Shown: piece by piece, positions 42,500 through 55,100 of the stretch | Numbering within the stretch: position 1 is the stretch's first letter | Layout of the letters: every line of letters begins with the position of its first letter | Origin: the human T2T-CHM13v2.0 reference genome, Homo sapiens | Assembly: GCF_009914755.1 (NCBI RefSeq) | Contig: NC_060926.1 | DNA length: 64,000 nucleotides | Strand: one strand, 5' to 3' | Program-made: the position numbers and the translations under genes | The notes under the pieces: model-generated | Told to the model about the DNA's origin: nothing | Databases searched by the model: none | Seen by the model: the letters and a program-made list of their open reading frames with translations, nothing else

Positions 42500-44480
42500 T
42501 ACAACATTCTCATATGTCAAAATTTGTCCATGTATGCTTATACCTTTCTTAATTTCTATAGCTGCCCTAACTTCATTTTCTTGACTTAGTTTACCTGTAT
42601 CTGAAAGTGGGTTTGTTAAATATGCCCACTGAAATTATCTGTTGTCCTTTTATATTGAATAGTTTCAACATTATGATTTAATGTTATCACTCAGGGTGCA
42701 TAAAGAATTTTGTTGTTAATCTGTTGGATTTTATGTAAATCTTGTTAAAATGCTATTATAATTTGTTTAATGCTATTATGTATAATTTTGTTTTCAATTT
42801 TAATATTATAGATTCTGCTTCTGTTGATATTGAAATTTGCTTAAAATATCCTTAGCCACAGTTTTTATTAAAATTCCCTTGGCCATTTTTGTTTCTTCTG
42901 TCTGTATATTTTAGGGGGAAAAGAGGAAGTTTATTCACTTAAACATTACGATTTTTTCTATTTTGGGAATCCTTAATAGTTGCTTTAAATTTCTCAAGTG
43001 AATTCTCTGCAACTTAGTCCTAATTATATGTTTTAGTACTTACTTTTCTCATCATATTTCTTATATCCATGTCTTCTCTTTTCTTAGATTTAAGTAATTA
43101 TTTTTTAGAATGAATATACGGGATATAAACTTTATGAGTCCTCACTTGCCAAAAGCGTTTATTTTGCCTCGTCTTGACCAAAAGTTTGTCCAGCTATGGG
43201 ATACTAAGTTAAAATATTTACTCTTAGAATTTGAAGGCAGTGATCCACCGTTTTCACATGGTGTATTTCAGGTAAACAGTCTACAAACTGCCATCACTTC
43301 ATTCTCATGTAAATGTGGTCTCCTATTGTACGACATCCAGTACTTCCTGATTATCTTTTGAGTTTAATATTTTTTGTGGACATATTAATGTGTTTATTTC
43401 AAATTAATGTTAATAATTTTGAAAGATACTTTGGTGTCTTTCCGTGTTTTTTATAAGCTTTGGCATATGTTTTTTAATTATGCATTTGTATTTGTGCATG
43501 GATGTTGTCTTATATCCCTCTTGTTGGATTTTCCCATAAATAATAAATGGATATTAAAACATTGGATTAATTATTAACCTCTCAAGTTTCTCGTAATTTT
43601 TATATTTGTTGTATTGAACTATTTTCTAAAAGAACTCAGTTTTTTAATATAATTAATATGGTAACTAGTTATACAGTTATACTTGTCAATTCTTGTCTAT
43701 TTATTTTCAAGGAACAGCTTCAAGAGCATTCTCCCCTCTCACTTTCTCTCTATCCCCTCTTCTCGCTACTGGTTCTTCTTGTTCAAATATATAAAATCTC
43801 TTAGTTTTCTGTGAGGCTAGTATTTTAAAGCTGATTATTTTCTTTTAAAAATATGTTTTATTTTTCTTGCTGTTTGGCTTGAGGATAGTTAATTCCTCTT
43901 CAATTTGCTGTACACAATACTGTTGATTTTATTGACTGTTTTTAACCACAAAATAATTTATCCATACAAAACAAGTACATATACTGAATTTTACAGGTCA
44001 ACGAATTATCACAACATGGACATTTATGTATCCATAAGGCAGGTCAAGACAGCATTGTCAGCACCCCAAAACTCCCCACTTCATGTTTTCCTCCAAAATT
44101 CCTTCCTGTCTATATAATCCAAGGTAATTACTATCTTGACATTTTAATTAAGATAGATATAAAGATAGATTTTTTTCATGTAATATGTAAATGTCTAAAG
44201 ATCATCATTTAGATTTGTTCTTTGAAGTTGATATATTAATAGATGTAATTATTTAGTATGGATTGTTGTAGGTGTGTCATCTTTCACTCAATATTATATT
44301 TATGTGATCCATCCATGCTATTGCATGCTATTCCATTTAGTTTATTTTATAGCTATATAACAATCCATTTTATGAATATACCACAATGTATTTATTAATC
44401 TATTGATGATGGAAATTTGGGTTATTTCCAGTTTTTGACAGTAATAAACTGTGCAGACATAAACATTATTAAACATGTCT
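42500..44480 (-). mobile_element. Ancient L1M/L1ME fragments
   Basis: Diverged antisense L1 3' motifs, e.g. atccattttatgaatataccacaatgtatttattaatctattgatgatggaaatttgggttatttccagttttt (44360-44440). Confidence 0.6.
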
Positions 44481-44499
44481 CTAGAGAAAGCTGGGAGTC

Positions 44500-44900
44500 A
44501 TGTGCAAGTATTGCCATGTTTATCTCTCATCCATAGGGTCAGCAAAGGAATTTCCCAATGGCTTATTCTCATCATAGAAAGAGAAGGTTTTGTGGATTTA
44601 ATCTGGGTTCAACATCACAACATGTGAGGAGACAATTTTTCCCAAATTGTGTAATGAATTACCCTATGCAACAACCAACAATAATAATAATATATCAAAA
44701 TTTTCTTTAGATGTTCCAATCCAAAGTCTCACCGGAATTCGCGATATAAAGTAATGGAATAATATGCCCCCTTAGGAAAATCCAGCAATTGGGATATATG
44801 GTTGAATGGCTCTCAGAGTCTTTTCCACCCTTCCTCCAGTGTCCATCTATACTGAAGGAGGAGGATAACTCAAAAATGGATTTTTCCAGACAATCTTATA
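44500..44900 (-). mobile_element. Possible LTR-retroelement reverse-transcriptase remnant
   Basis: Minus-strand translation near 44785-44850 gives DGHWRRVEKTLRAIQPYIPIA. This aligns without gaps to the recalled HERV-L RT DGSWRMTVDYRKLNQVVTPIA (8/21 identical). Stops and frameshifts surround it. Confidence 0.4.
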
Positions 44901-44937
44901 GCTAAAAGCTTGGATATGATTAAGGAGGAGACTTTGG

Positions 44938-44983
44938 TTGTTTTTTTTGTTTGTTTTTGTTTTTTTTTTTTTTTTTTTTTTTT
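44938..44983 (+). repeat. T-rich tract ending in T24
   Basis: Read directly (T at 44960-44983). Confidence 0.9.
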
Positions 44984-45779
44984 GCAGATATTTATCTTCT
45001 GCTGCACTGTTGAGGAAGTAATGAATTTTCTTGAGTTTCAAAGGTAGGACACAAAGATCCTCCCTAGAACTAGATGGTGGTTTAGCTACTTATAATAGTA
45101 GCAGATATCTTGATATTTAGATCATGGATAAAATGGTGTGTTCTTGGGTCAATATGTTCAGAAGGATCTTCCTTATTTCCATCTTTTTAGTTATAGCAAA
45201 GTAACAACAGCCCTCTTGGATCAGGCTGGCAATGTTAATCTGAAAGTCATTTCAAGATAGAGAATATTTATCCAGCTCTTCTGAAGATTGTGTAAAAAAT
45301 CTGATATTTGGTATTAAATTGCTTTCTACTTTAATATACTAGCATTGTTTCTATTTTTTGCAACTTAATCTTGACTTAAAAAGTATTTGAAACTTTAAGA
45401 AATGATTGCAAGCAACAAACCCTCAAGGAGACAAATTAAGAACTTCTATCATCTGATAGAGTTTGTAGGTAGTGATAACTTGTTTCAATTAGAAAATAAG
45501 ATTGCTGTTTAAAAAAAGGAAGAAACATGAAAATATAGAAATGTAAAGATCTTGAATAAATTTCACTTATACGATTGACTCCCTCATCCTTACTCACCAT
45601 GGCATTCAGAGGGAAAAGATAACTTAAAATATTTCCTCTAACTAAGTAGAATGAAGTGCCTTTTGACACTAAGGCAATGAAAAATATATACATTCAAGAG
45701 TAAATTAGTTGTGTTTATCTCTGCTGTACAGCTTAAGTAAATAAAATAAGATAATAACTTGGCTCTATGTGTGATTAAA

Positions 45780-47380
45780 GGACAAACAAGTTTCTATTAC
45801 TTCCTTAAACCAACGTTTTTTTTATCTTAAAGGCACAAGACTGAAGTGGTCAACTACAGTCAAAGTTACAGCCTGTGAGTTGTTGAATTACAATGATGAA
45901 TTCACAATCTTTTCAGATCTCCTATGTAAAAGTTATATATTACTTGAGAATGATTAAGACTCAAAAAACTAAAATAGGAATGCTTAAGCAATTATATGAT
46001 TTTAAGTACTTAAGTCCAAAATTCCCAGAGCTCTTTTGTCTGGAGACATAGTTTCTCCTTCACTGTCTGATGAATCACACTCTCCCTTTTTCAGAGATAA
46101 TAGTATCTGAGGAAGGGGATGCTTATTCCCTCGCATGTCTCACATCTACTACCTTTCCTTGCCATCAGACCTCTGAACACAAATCAAATGACTCGTTAAA
46201 TAAAAATTAAGGCAAAGAAAAAAAATCCACATACTGTAAGAATTATATTTTGATGAATTTTATGAAGAGTACCCAAATAATATACATGCAAAATAAAATT
46301 TAAATGTGATAAAGTAGGGCTAAAAAAGAAAATTTTGAATCAAGTCAAATTTGTCAAGATGGTACATTTATTAGAGATACTGCATTATGCATTTCAGCTC
46401 AACTGGCTAGAAATATTTCTGTGTCCTTGCTCAGTTGGGAAAGTCCAAACTAGATTCAATAGTGGACAAGGACAACATTAAAAAGGGTTGAGACACTAGG
46501 AATTCAAGTTTAATGTTGAGGAACGCATCCAAAACCTTTAGAGGTGTCAGATTTGGTTTATACTTTAACCCATTAACTCAATCTCAGGTAAGCCTCGCCA
46601 AAGGGGATGGAGGACAATTTATTCCTGAGGTTTTACTGAGGGAAAACTGTAGTGATTGCAATTTGTCAGCTGTGGATTAAGTGGGAGATTATGTAACATA
46701 AATACTTATTATCATTTCTCAACGGATGATGTGAATGTAGAGTTTGAAAGATTAAAGGCCAGAATTTTAGCAGTTAGCATACAGTGTAGTAGGTTCCAGG
46801 GGTTAAACTGATTTTATCCAAGTGATCACCGGCAATTATTAATTGATCCTTGTGCTACTAGGACAGAAAATACATTAAAATAAATTACAGTCTAATTTTA
46901 TTTCTATAATTGGAAGCAACAACAACTACAACAATAACAACAAAAAACTGCTTTTGGCAATGGGAGCTTAATCTGAGAGGTAAGACAGACATTCATTATC
47001 TTTCATTTAGTTCCAAGTCTGATTCAATTTTCAGCCCTAGATACTCTCAAATTAAGATGGAAATTGATAGTAATGAAGGTCTCTAAAATATTCCACAGCT
47101 GTTTACTCTAAATATTCTTAGGATGCCTAAAGGTATAAACAGAGGTTTTTTATAAGATGACTGGACTCATGGAGTAAAAAAAAATTCCCAGAGCTTTCAA
47201 AAATTATTAGACACTAGCTCTTTGTTAACTCAATTCTTGGGTAACTCAGAGCATCTTTCTAATCCATCAGTTAAAGTAGAAGTCAAGGGGGTTGAATAAT
47301 AAGTGAACTTTTGTTTGGATTAATCTCACAGAGACTCCAGTAAGTTCATGACCGAGCTCTAGTAATTTGCTCCAAAATCA
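45780..47380 (+). mobile_element. Ancient ERV-L internal fragment (gag-protease)
   Basis: The gag-like segment at 46310-46560 resembles recalled HERV-L gag. Aspartic-protease motif remnant ttattagacactagctct = LLDTSS (47204-47221; canonical LLDTGS), followed by cagttaaagtag as in HERV-L pro. Confidence 0.65.
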
Positions 47381-47757
47381 ATTATTCAACCATCATACAA
47401 AGAACAAGAACTACACTACTCACACACAAAAATTTTTTTTAAAGCTTTGGCAAATACGTTATGCTGCCTGCTTTCTTATGGGGCATAACTAGATTCATTC
47501 AGTGAATCCTTGGTAAATCATCCAACATTTCTACTCCCTAAATCACTGGATTCATCCTTCTACATTATATGAAGGAATTTCTGGCATTTCAACTCCATCC
47601 CGTTTTGGCCACCTGACCATCTGAGAGCATACCCACAATGGCTCCTTGTCTTGTGTAAGTAAGATTATAATGAGAGGAAGTGACTGTATTTAAACATACA
47701 TATAAAACAACATCCAACTATAAACTATAAGTCTCTCTACAAGAGACTCATTTTGTT

Positions 47758-48063
47758 CTTTTGTTTGTTTTTTGTGTTGATACAGGTCTCACTCTGTCAT
47801 CCAGGCTGGAGTGCAGTGGTGCAATCATGGCTTACCGCAGCCTTGACCTCCAAGCTCAAGTCATCCTCCTACTTCAGCATCCCGAGTAGCTGAGGTCACA
47901 GGTGTTCGTCACCATGCCTGGCTAATTTTCATATTTTTTTGTAGAGATGGGGTTTTGTCACGTTGCCCAACCCAAGCTGGTCTCAAACCCCTGAGCTCAG
48001 ATGATCCACCTGCTTCAGCCACCCAAAGTATGGGATTACAGGCATGAATAATCGCACCTGGCC
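47758..48063 (-). mobile_element. AluJ inside the L1M
   Basis: gcaatcatggcttaccgcagccttgacctccaagctcaag is J-type. Approximate TSD ctca(t/c)tttgtt at 47747-47757 and 48068-48078. Confidence 0.92.
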
Positions 48064-49477
48064 TTGGCTCACTTTGTTTTTAAAATCACACATAGCCTAA
48101 CTATGAAAGAATGAAAAAATATATATTCAGTAAACAAAAACAGCCAGAATGGCCATAATGATATCAGACAAAAAAGACTTTAAGCCAAAACATGTCACAA
48201 GAGACAAGAAGAACATTATATAATGATAAATGGGCCAATTCACAAGAAAGATATAACTATTATAAATATACATGCATCCAACATCAGAGCACAAAAATAT
48301 ATAAAGCAAACATTGATAAAACTAAAAAAACAAATAGCAAGACAACAGTAGTAGCATATTTCAATATTCCATTCTTAATAATGGATAAAACAACTAGACA
48401 GAAAAACAAAAAAGTAACATTTAACTTGAACAAAACTCTAGATCAAATTAACCAAAGACACATATAGAGAACATGCCACCCAACAACAGCAGAATACACA
48501 TTCTTTTCAAATGCACATAGAACATTATTTAGAATATATCACATTTGGCAACAAAATATGTTTTAACACATTTAAGTAGATAGTAATCATACCAAGTAAA
48601 TTTTCTAATACATATGGAATGAAACTAGAGATTGATAGCAGAAGAAAGACTGGAAGATTCACAAATACGTTGCAATTGACAACACATTCTTGAACAACCA
48701 GAGTCAAAAAGAAATCCAATGGGAAATTAAAAAACATCTTGAGACCAACTAAAACTGAAACACAATTCACCAAAACTTATGAGATGCAGCAAAAGTAGTA
48801 GTAAGAGAAATGTTTATGGTAATAAATCTCTATGTTAAAAACGAAGAGAGTTATCAAACCAGTAACCTAACTTTACACCTCAAGGAACCAGAAAAACAAA
48901 ATAAGTCCAAGACAAATGAAGAAGGAAATATTAAAGCTTAGTATAGCAATAAATAAAATAGAGACAAATAAAATGATAAAAAAATGAAAATTAGTTTTTT
49001 TTAAAAGACCAACAAAATTGACAAACCTTTGGCTAGACTAAAAAAAATAGATAAGGCTCAAATGAATAAAAGCAGAGTTGAAAGAGAAGACATAATTGAT
49101 GCCACAGAAATAAAAAATGACAGTAAGAGACTGCTATGAAAAATTATATGCCAACAAATTGAGTAACCGAAAAAGAAAATGGAATAAAATTCTGAAGCAA
49201 AAAACCTACCATTTGTAATAGCATTAAAACCTGAAATATAAGAAACCAGATTTATCAAAATATGTGCAAGATATTTACATTAAAAACCACACAATATTGC
49301 TCATAGATATTAAAGAAGACCAAAGTAAATAGAGACCATGCTCCTTGGTTGAAACAGAATATTCTTAATATTCCAATTCTCCCCAAAATGATCTATAGAG
49401 CTAAGGCAATCCCAATCAAAATCTAAGCTGGCTTTAAAATAGAAACTGAAAAGCCATTAAGAAGTTCTTGTGAGTGT

Positions 49478-49548
49478 GGCTGGTTGGTCTAGGGCTATGA
49501 TTCTCACTTAGGGTGCAAGAGGTCCTGGTTCAAATCCCAGAGGAGCCC
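49478..49548 (+). pseudogene. tRNA-Pro(AGG) retropseudogene
   Basis: ggctggttggtctagggctatgattctcacttAGGgtgcaagaggtcctggttcaaatcccagaggagccc aligns to human tRNA-Pro-AGG with mostly CpG-site changes and a 1-nt deletion in the T-arm stem. 12-bp TSD aagttcttgtga at 49462-49473 and 49563-49574. Confidence 0.93.
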
Positions 49549-50749
49549 AACTTTTAGTTCAAAAGTTCTTGTGAAAACAAAAATAATCTAGCCAAAAATA
49601 TTCTTGAAAGAGGAAGAAATTTGAAGATATACACAGTCTGCAGCCAGACACAAAAAAATTACATATTGGATTTTTCCTTTTTATGAAATGTCCAGAAAAG
49701 AGAAATATATAAAGAATACATAGGCCTGTGATTTCCTGGTCTGGGAGTAGAAAGGATACTGACTGTAAATAGGCATTAAGGTATTTGTTTAAAGTGAAGA
49801 AAGTACTCTAAAACTGGATTGTAGTTATCATTGTGTAACAAATATTTGTGAAAACAATTGAGCTGTTTGCTTATAAAAGGTGAATTTTATAGTATTTACA
49901 TTATACATTTATAAAACTTTTTAAAGTATTTTTAATAAAGCTGTGTCATTAAAAAGACCAATAATCTGCCATTCCTAACATGTTTAGTAAAAAAACATGA
50001 AACACGCAGCATAAGGATTTTAAAAAGATACTTTTTTGCCAGGTTATTTTATTTTAAAAGCGAAGACCATTTTTTTCAAATTAAGTTAGAGAATCACCCA
50101 ACATTATAATTCTCTGGGAAAATGTGAAGTTGTGACTTAATAAGTAAAAAAACCTGAAGACCATGACTCCAGAAAAAGAAAATCTAATGCAAAGAAATTC
50201 TCCTTACTCCAAATTTTGAGTCCCACACATTTTAAAGATTTTTTTTCAAATCCTTTTATATTAACTAATTTATGATACTTAATGGGTCCCAGATTATATA
50301 AAACTTCTTATTCTATTTGATTCCAAAATCTGATGGAGCACAGAAAACAACCACCACAATATCGATGAGAAGAAAACACAACAAGATGTTATTTAGGAAT
50401 ATCGGGGGAAACTTTATTACAAAGCTGGGAAATTGAATTCATTTTATATTAAGAATTTAGTAAGCTCTTCTGAAGATGAATTCATTTCATGAACATTTCA
50501 GCTTATAAATATAAATACAATTATTCTGTGAATGGTACAGAGTGAAAAATTTAATGATTGTCTTGATAGTGATTTAAAAATTATATAAAAGTATATAAAC
50601 ATCTCTATATATACGTATACCACACAAGCGTTGAGTTGATTTTACTGTGAGGCATCCACATTAACATTTAAAATTCAAAAAACAATTTTTTCAGGCATAT
50701 AAATGGTTTAACATTTGTTTCCGGAAATTCTAACAAGTGAAACTTGACA

Positions 50750-52170
50750 AGAAAACAAAAATAAGTGTTGTGATTATTGAAAGAAAATCAACATATACTT
50801 CTATTTGCTGGTGATATGATTATTCTATTGAAGAGAACTGTTCACGTTTAAATGAATAGCATTAATGTGATACGCACAAAATAGTAAGCTTATGGCACAG
50901 AACTTTTTTGAGAGGCCAATGTAGAAAACAAATTGTTATTACCCTGATGATATTTTTATAAGAGAAAACCCACTAATGTGTTGATTGAACAGAATTTCTA
51001 TCAAAATCTCAATATACATTTTGATTTAATAATTCAAAAAATATTTACAAATACTCAATTAGAGGAGATAAAAATAGATTATTCACTGAATGAATGACTT
51101 TGATGCAACTTTCTAACGATTCAGGGAAATTTAAAGTTAGATTCCTCCCCCACATTTACTGAAAACTAAATTTATTTCATAGCAAGTATATATATATATG
51201 TGGTAAGAGAATTATTACAAATATAGAATATTATATGTAAACATGTATAAAAGTTTGGCTGGAGAAGAACTGCCTAGTTGTGACACTAAAAGTGGAGACA
51301 ATTTAGGAACCTATTTAAATATGTAACAATTAATATTAAAAAGCAAATAATTTTTTAAAAATTATAATAAATGCAAATAAAAAGCATTACTATTTCATAA
51401 AGAGCTCTTACAAGTCAATAAAAATTTAACCGGTAGAAAAATGGATAAAAGTTCACTGAAAGTAATCTCTAAAATAAATAATTTGAATAATTAATAAGCA
51501 TCTAAAGAAGCATTGCACATCAATACATTGTCAAATTAATACATTTTTTAAAATGACAAGCTGTCACATTTTTCTGTTCAATAATCAAAACTAAAAATAT
51601 GTTGCAATATCCAGCAGTGACTACAATGAACTGATATAGGCACTATCCTACATATTTTTAAGAAACAAAAATTCGCAAATTTTCTGGATGTCTACTTGCT
51701 AACTTTTAAAAACATTTAGCAAATGGAATGTGCATTTGTTTTACTAAACTATTCCTTTCAATGAATTAATCCTAAATAAATAATAAAAGTATGACACAGT
51801 TACAGGGATCTTTATAAGTTATGTTTATAGGAGCAAAAATTAGAACTATACAAGATGCTAACCCTCTATTAAAGAGTCATATTTCCTCCATACAATGGAG
51901 AACTGTGAGCCCATTAAAACCTGATAATGTCATGATCTCTAATACATAGTCAAGTGTAAAAATAGGTAGCAAATCAAAATTATCTTCTCTCAATGTACGT
52001 CTGTGCAAGTCTGTATATGCTCACATGTGTGTGCATAAATCAGTATTTCATATTAATATAAAATATCTAGGTGAACCACATGTTGACCGTGGCTTTGCAT
52101 TGGGTTTACTTTTATTTTTGTGTGTGTTGTTACAATAGAATTTGTATAACAAGAAAGAAAAAAGTAAATA
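50750..52170 (+). mobile_element. Very old L1ME fragments (ORF2 end and 3' UTR)
   Basis: ctatttgctggtgatatgattattctatt (FADDM-like remnant), ataaagagctcttacaagtcaat, catacaatggagaactgtgagcccattaaaa. Confidence 0.55.
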
Positions 52171-55100
52171 TGTTAAAGTTAAAATATCTACAAAGTACAA
52201 GAAATATGAATTAAGGAAAAGTAGAGAAATGGAATCCTGAGTCTTATAAAGAATAACAAGAATAATATCTATTGTGACCCAAACTTAAAAATTTCCCTCT
52301 TTTGACCAATTTCTCACCCTGTGTGTTATTAGTCTTCTTTTGATATCTACCTCTAATTTATGTTGGATTAACTGAGGTAAAGACACAGACACATTTCTCT
52401 GTGTCATTTGTATTCTGGCACCTCTCTCTATTTGGCTCAACATTAGACTGTCATTTTTATTTTCTCAGGTACTTAGTGATAACCATGTACCAAATATTAA
52501 ATATATAATTCATGACAATTACAGAACAATTTCCTGGGGATACAAAATATCTGAAATATAATTTACCCTCTCTGAGAGTTGCCAGTTGAATAAAAGAGTT
52601 TAAAGTTATTATGTTGCCTTGGCTATGTCCTTATTTCTGTCTTGCAATGCAATTCACTTTTGGATTCTTGCCTGTATTCCTCCAACAGATCAAGCAACAC
52701 CTAACTAATAGCGTAAGAATCTGGCCCTCTAATTCAATTCTTGTACATTTTCTGGAAATTAAACTTGAGAAATTGACTTCTATTGTAGACTTGATCTTAG
52801 ATTACTGTCCATGATCTCTGGAGTTTTCACTCTTGCCACTGGGATCCTAAATTTGTCCCCTTCCTAGTCTATCAGAAAAGTACACCCAGCACATTGGAGA
52901 ATAATAACAATTAATTAAAGACAGAGGATAAAGCCTATTGAGACATAATACTTCCTCTATATTAATGACTTGGGAAATGTATTTTTATGTAATCAACAGA
53001 AGCATTGAGTCTCTATTACCTAAATTATCTTTATTTGATTAGAGACATTACTAAGAACCTTAAGCTTTGTCATAATTGAACCCAATATTTTCAATATGTG
53101 AAAAGTGACTTTAGTCCTTGAATATTATTTATTTTTGTTATGGCTACACAAATGTATGCCCAAACTGTTTTCTAACAGATATTGTGGTAATTATTTGATA
53201 ACAATTACAAATTGAATGGTTTTCATTTAGGAATTTTAAAGCCAGTTGGAGTGAAAATGTCCTCATCTTCTCTGGGACAGGTAAGGAAGTAACCAGTAAG
53301 TTTGAAAAATATTTGGAAAGTTACATTTAATTTTGTAATCAGTGTATTATTTCCTTTATGTTTAGCAAAATTTGTTGGTTCTTGTAATAAGTTTGGGGTC
53401 TTCCCCCAACTGCATAAAGATACATAAATTGGGATTTTTGCTGACTCAAGAAACCTTAGCCAAATTTCATTGATATTTCTTCACCATTCCTCTATTAACA
53501 AAGTTTAAAAAAAGATAAGAAATATGAACTCAAAGTATACTTTTATGATTACTATTTTTTAAAATCACCTATTTTTGTGACTGCTTTATTGAAACACTGA
53601 ATCACTTCATGTATCTGCCTAGTGACTCAAAAAGTGTTATTACAATTCACTTTAAATGAAAGTGCCACTCACAATCTTGATAATTAATGCAGGTAACCGG
53701 CTGTGTGAGAAAGTTAACATCAGCCTTAACCTCATGCACTGAACTGTTTTTCACATGTCAGATAGGCATTTCATTTTGAGGAAAGCCATGTTTCTGTTCC
53801 TTTTGTGGTTGGAATTTATAATTAATTATACAACATGGAGATGCTGTATTTTAATTATAAAACATTTTAATGTGGAACACATGAGACCTAGGATACAGAA
53901 TGTAGCAATCAAGTTGTACAACAAATAATCAAACCTCTAATTATGAAAGCTACAGTGGTTCCTGAAATCTAAAAGCAAAAGTCACAGGATGGTTTATTTA
54001 ACAATAGAATTTATTATATTTTATATCTTCTTCAAAGCTTACTTTGTTTTTCCTCTTATAGGAAATCCTTTTTACCTACATAGAAAAGTTACGTTATTGG
54101 AATTTACATCCCTCCTCCATAAGAAAAAAGACATTATCTTCTCTTCCAAATGTCCACCATGCTAATTTTATCTCTTTCTTATTATATTTAACTTTAAAAA
54201 TCTTGATCATTATAATTGCTGTGGGTCGTATATTCACTGTGAATATTCTGTGAGAGATGACAGTTTTATTCTTAATAACCTGCATATTAAGAATTGCCAT
54301 GCCTTTTTCATGATTAGTGTTCAATCCACATGTTAAAAGAATGAAAAATGCATTACTGAATTATCTTATATTACCCTTTTTTGCAGAATCATTCTTTGTA
54401 GTGTTAGTGAAATATGCCGAATATTAAAATAGGAACCAAACTTTTTATAAAATGCTGCCTCTGCTGTCTCACAATGCCTAATGCTACCTCTAAACGATAG
54501 TTATTATTCTTTTCTGTCATATAAAGAAACATAGTCATGCCAATTGGTTTTCTGCCACTATATATCCAGTGGGAATCACACAGAGAATCAATTCATTACA
54601 ATGATAAATTACACCATTAAATAGTATATTATGCCAGAATAATCTAGAAGGTCATGAAAGAAAGATTAAGAGATGACAAGAGAATCTACAATGTGTAAGA
54701 AAGTGCATGATACATGAAAAAATAGGTTTTGGTTTGATATCTACCAAATATGTTAAATGAATATATAACCCTGTAAAAATTGAAAAATTACATACTTGTA
54801 AAATCAGAATAAATCTTGAGATACTCATCTTTTGTATAACTTACATGAAATTGTACCAAGTGATGACTTTTTAAATACAGTTCTAGTTATTTCATATTTC
54901 TACTCAAGTAATGTGGTTTGCTCCATAGGAGTTATTTGAAAATAAACCTCTTTTCAAATGCTCAAATCTATTATTGTTCTGTCAGTTGTGCAACTCATAA
55001 ATACTCTTTCCTATTCTCTTCAAAACACAGAAGTAATATTAAAATCAGTGGGAAATATTCTTAGACAAGTCATTGATACAAAATATTAAACATATATAAA

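Larger units (their letters stand above)
47690..49950 (+). mobile_element. Old L1M: ORF2 endonuclease region, deleted middle and 3' end
   Basis: Endonuclease-region motifs (aacaacagcagaatacacattcttttcaaatgcacatagaacatt, caaaattgacaaacctttggctagact). 3' end ...ttttaataaagctg. Confidence 0.8.

Noticed and set aside
49478-49548. Functional tRNA-Pro gene
   Set aside because: It has CpG decay, a 1-nt deletion and mismatches in the T-arm stem, and it is flanked by a TSD inside an L1.
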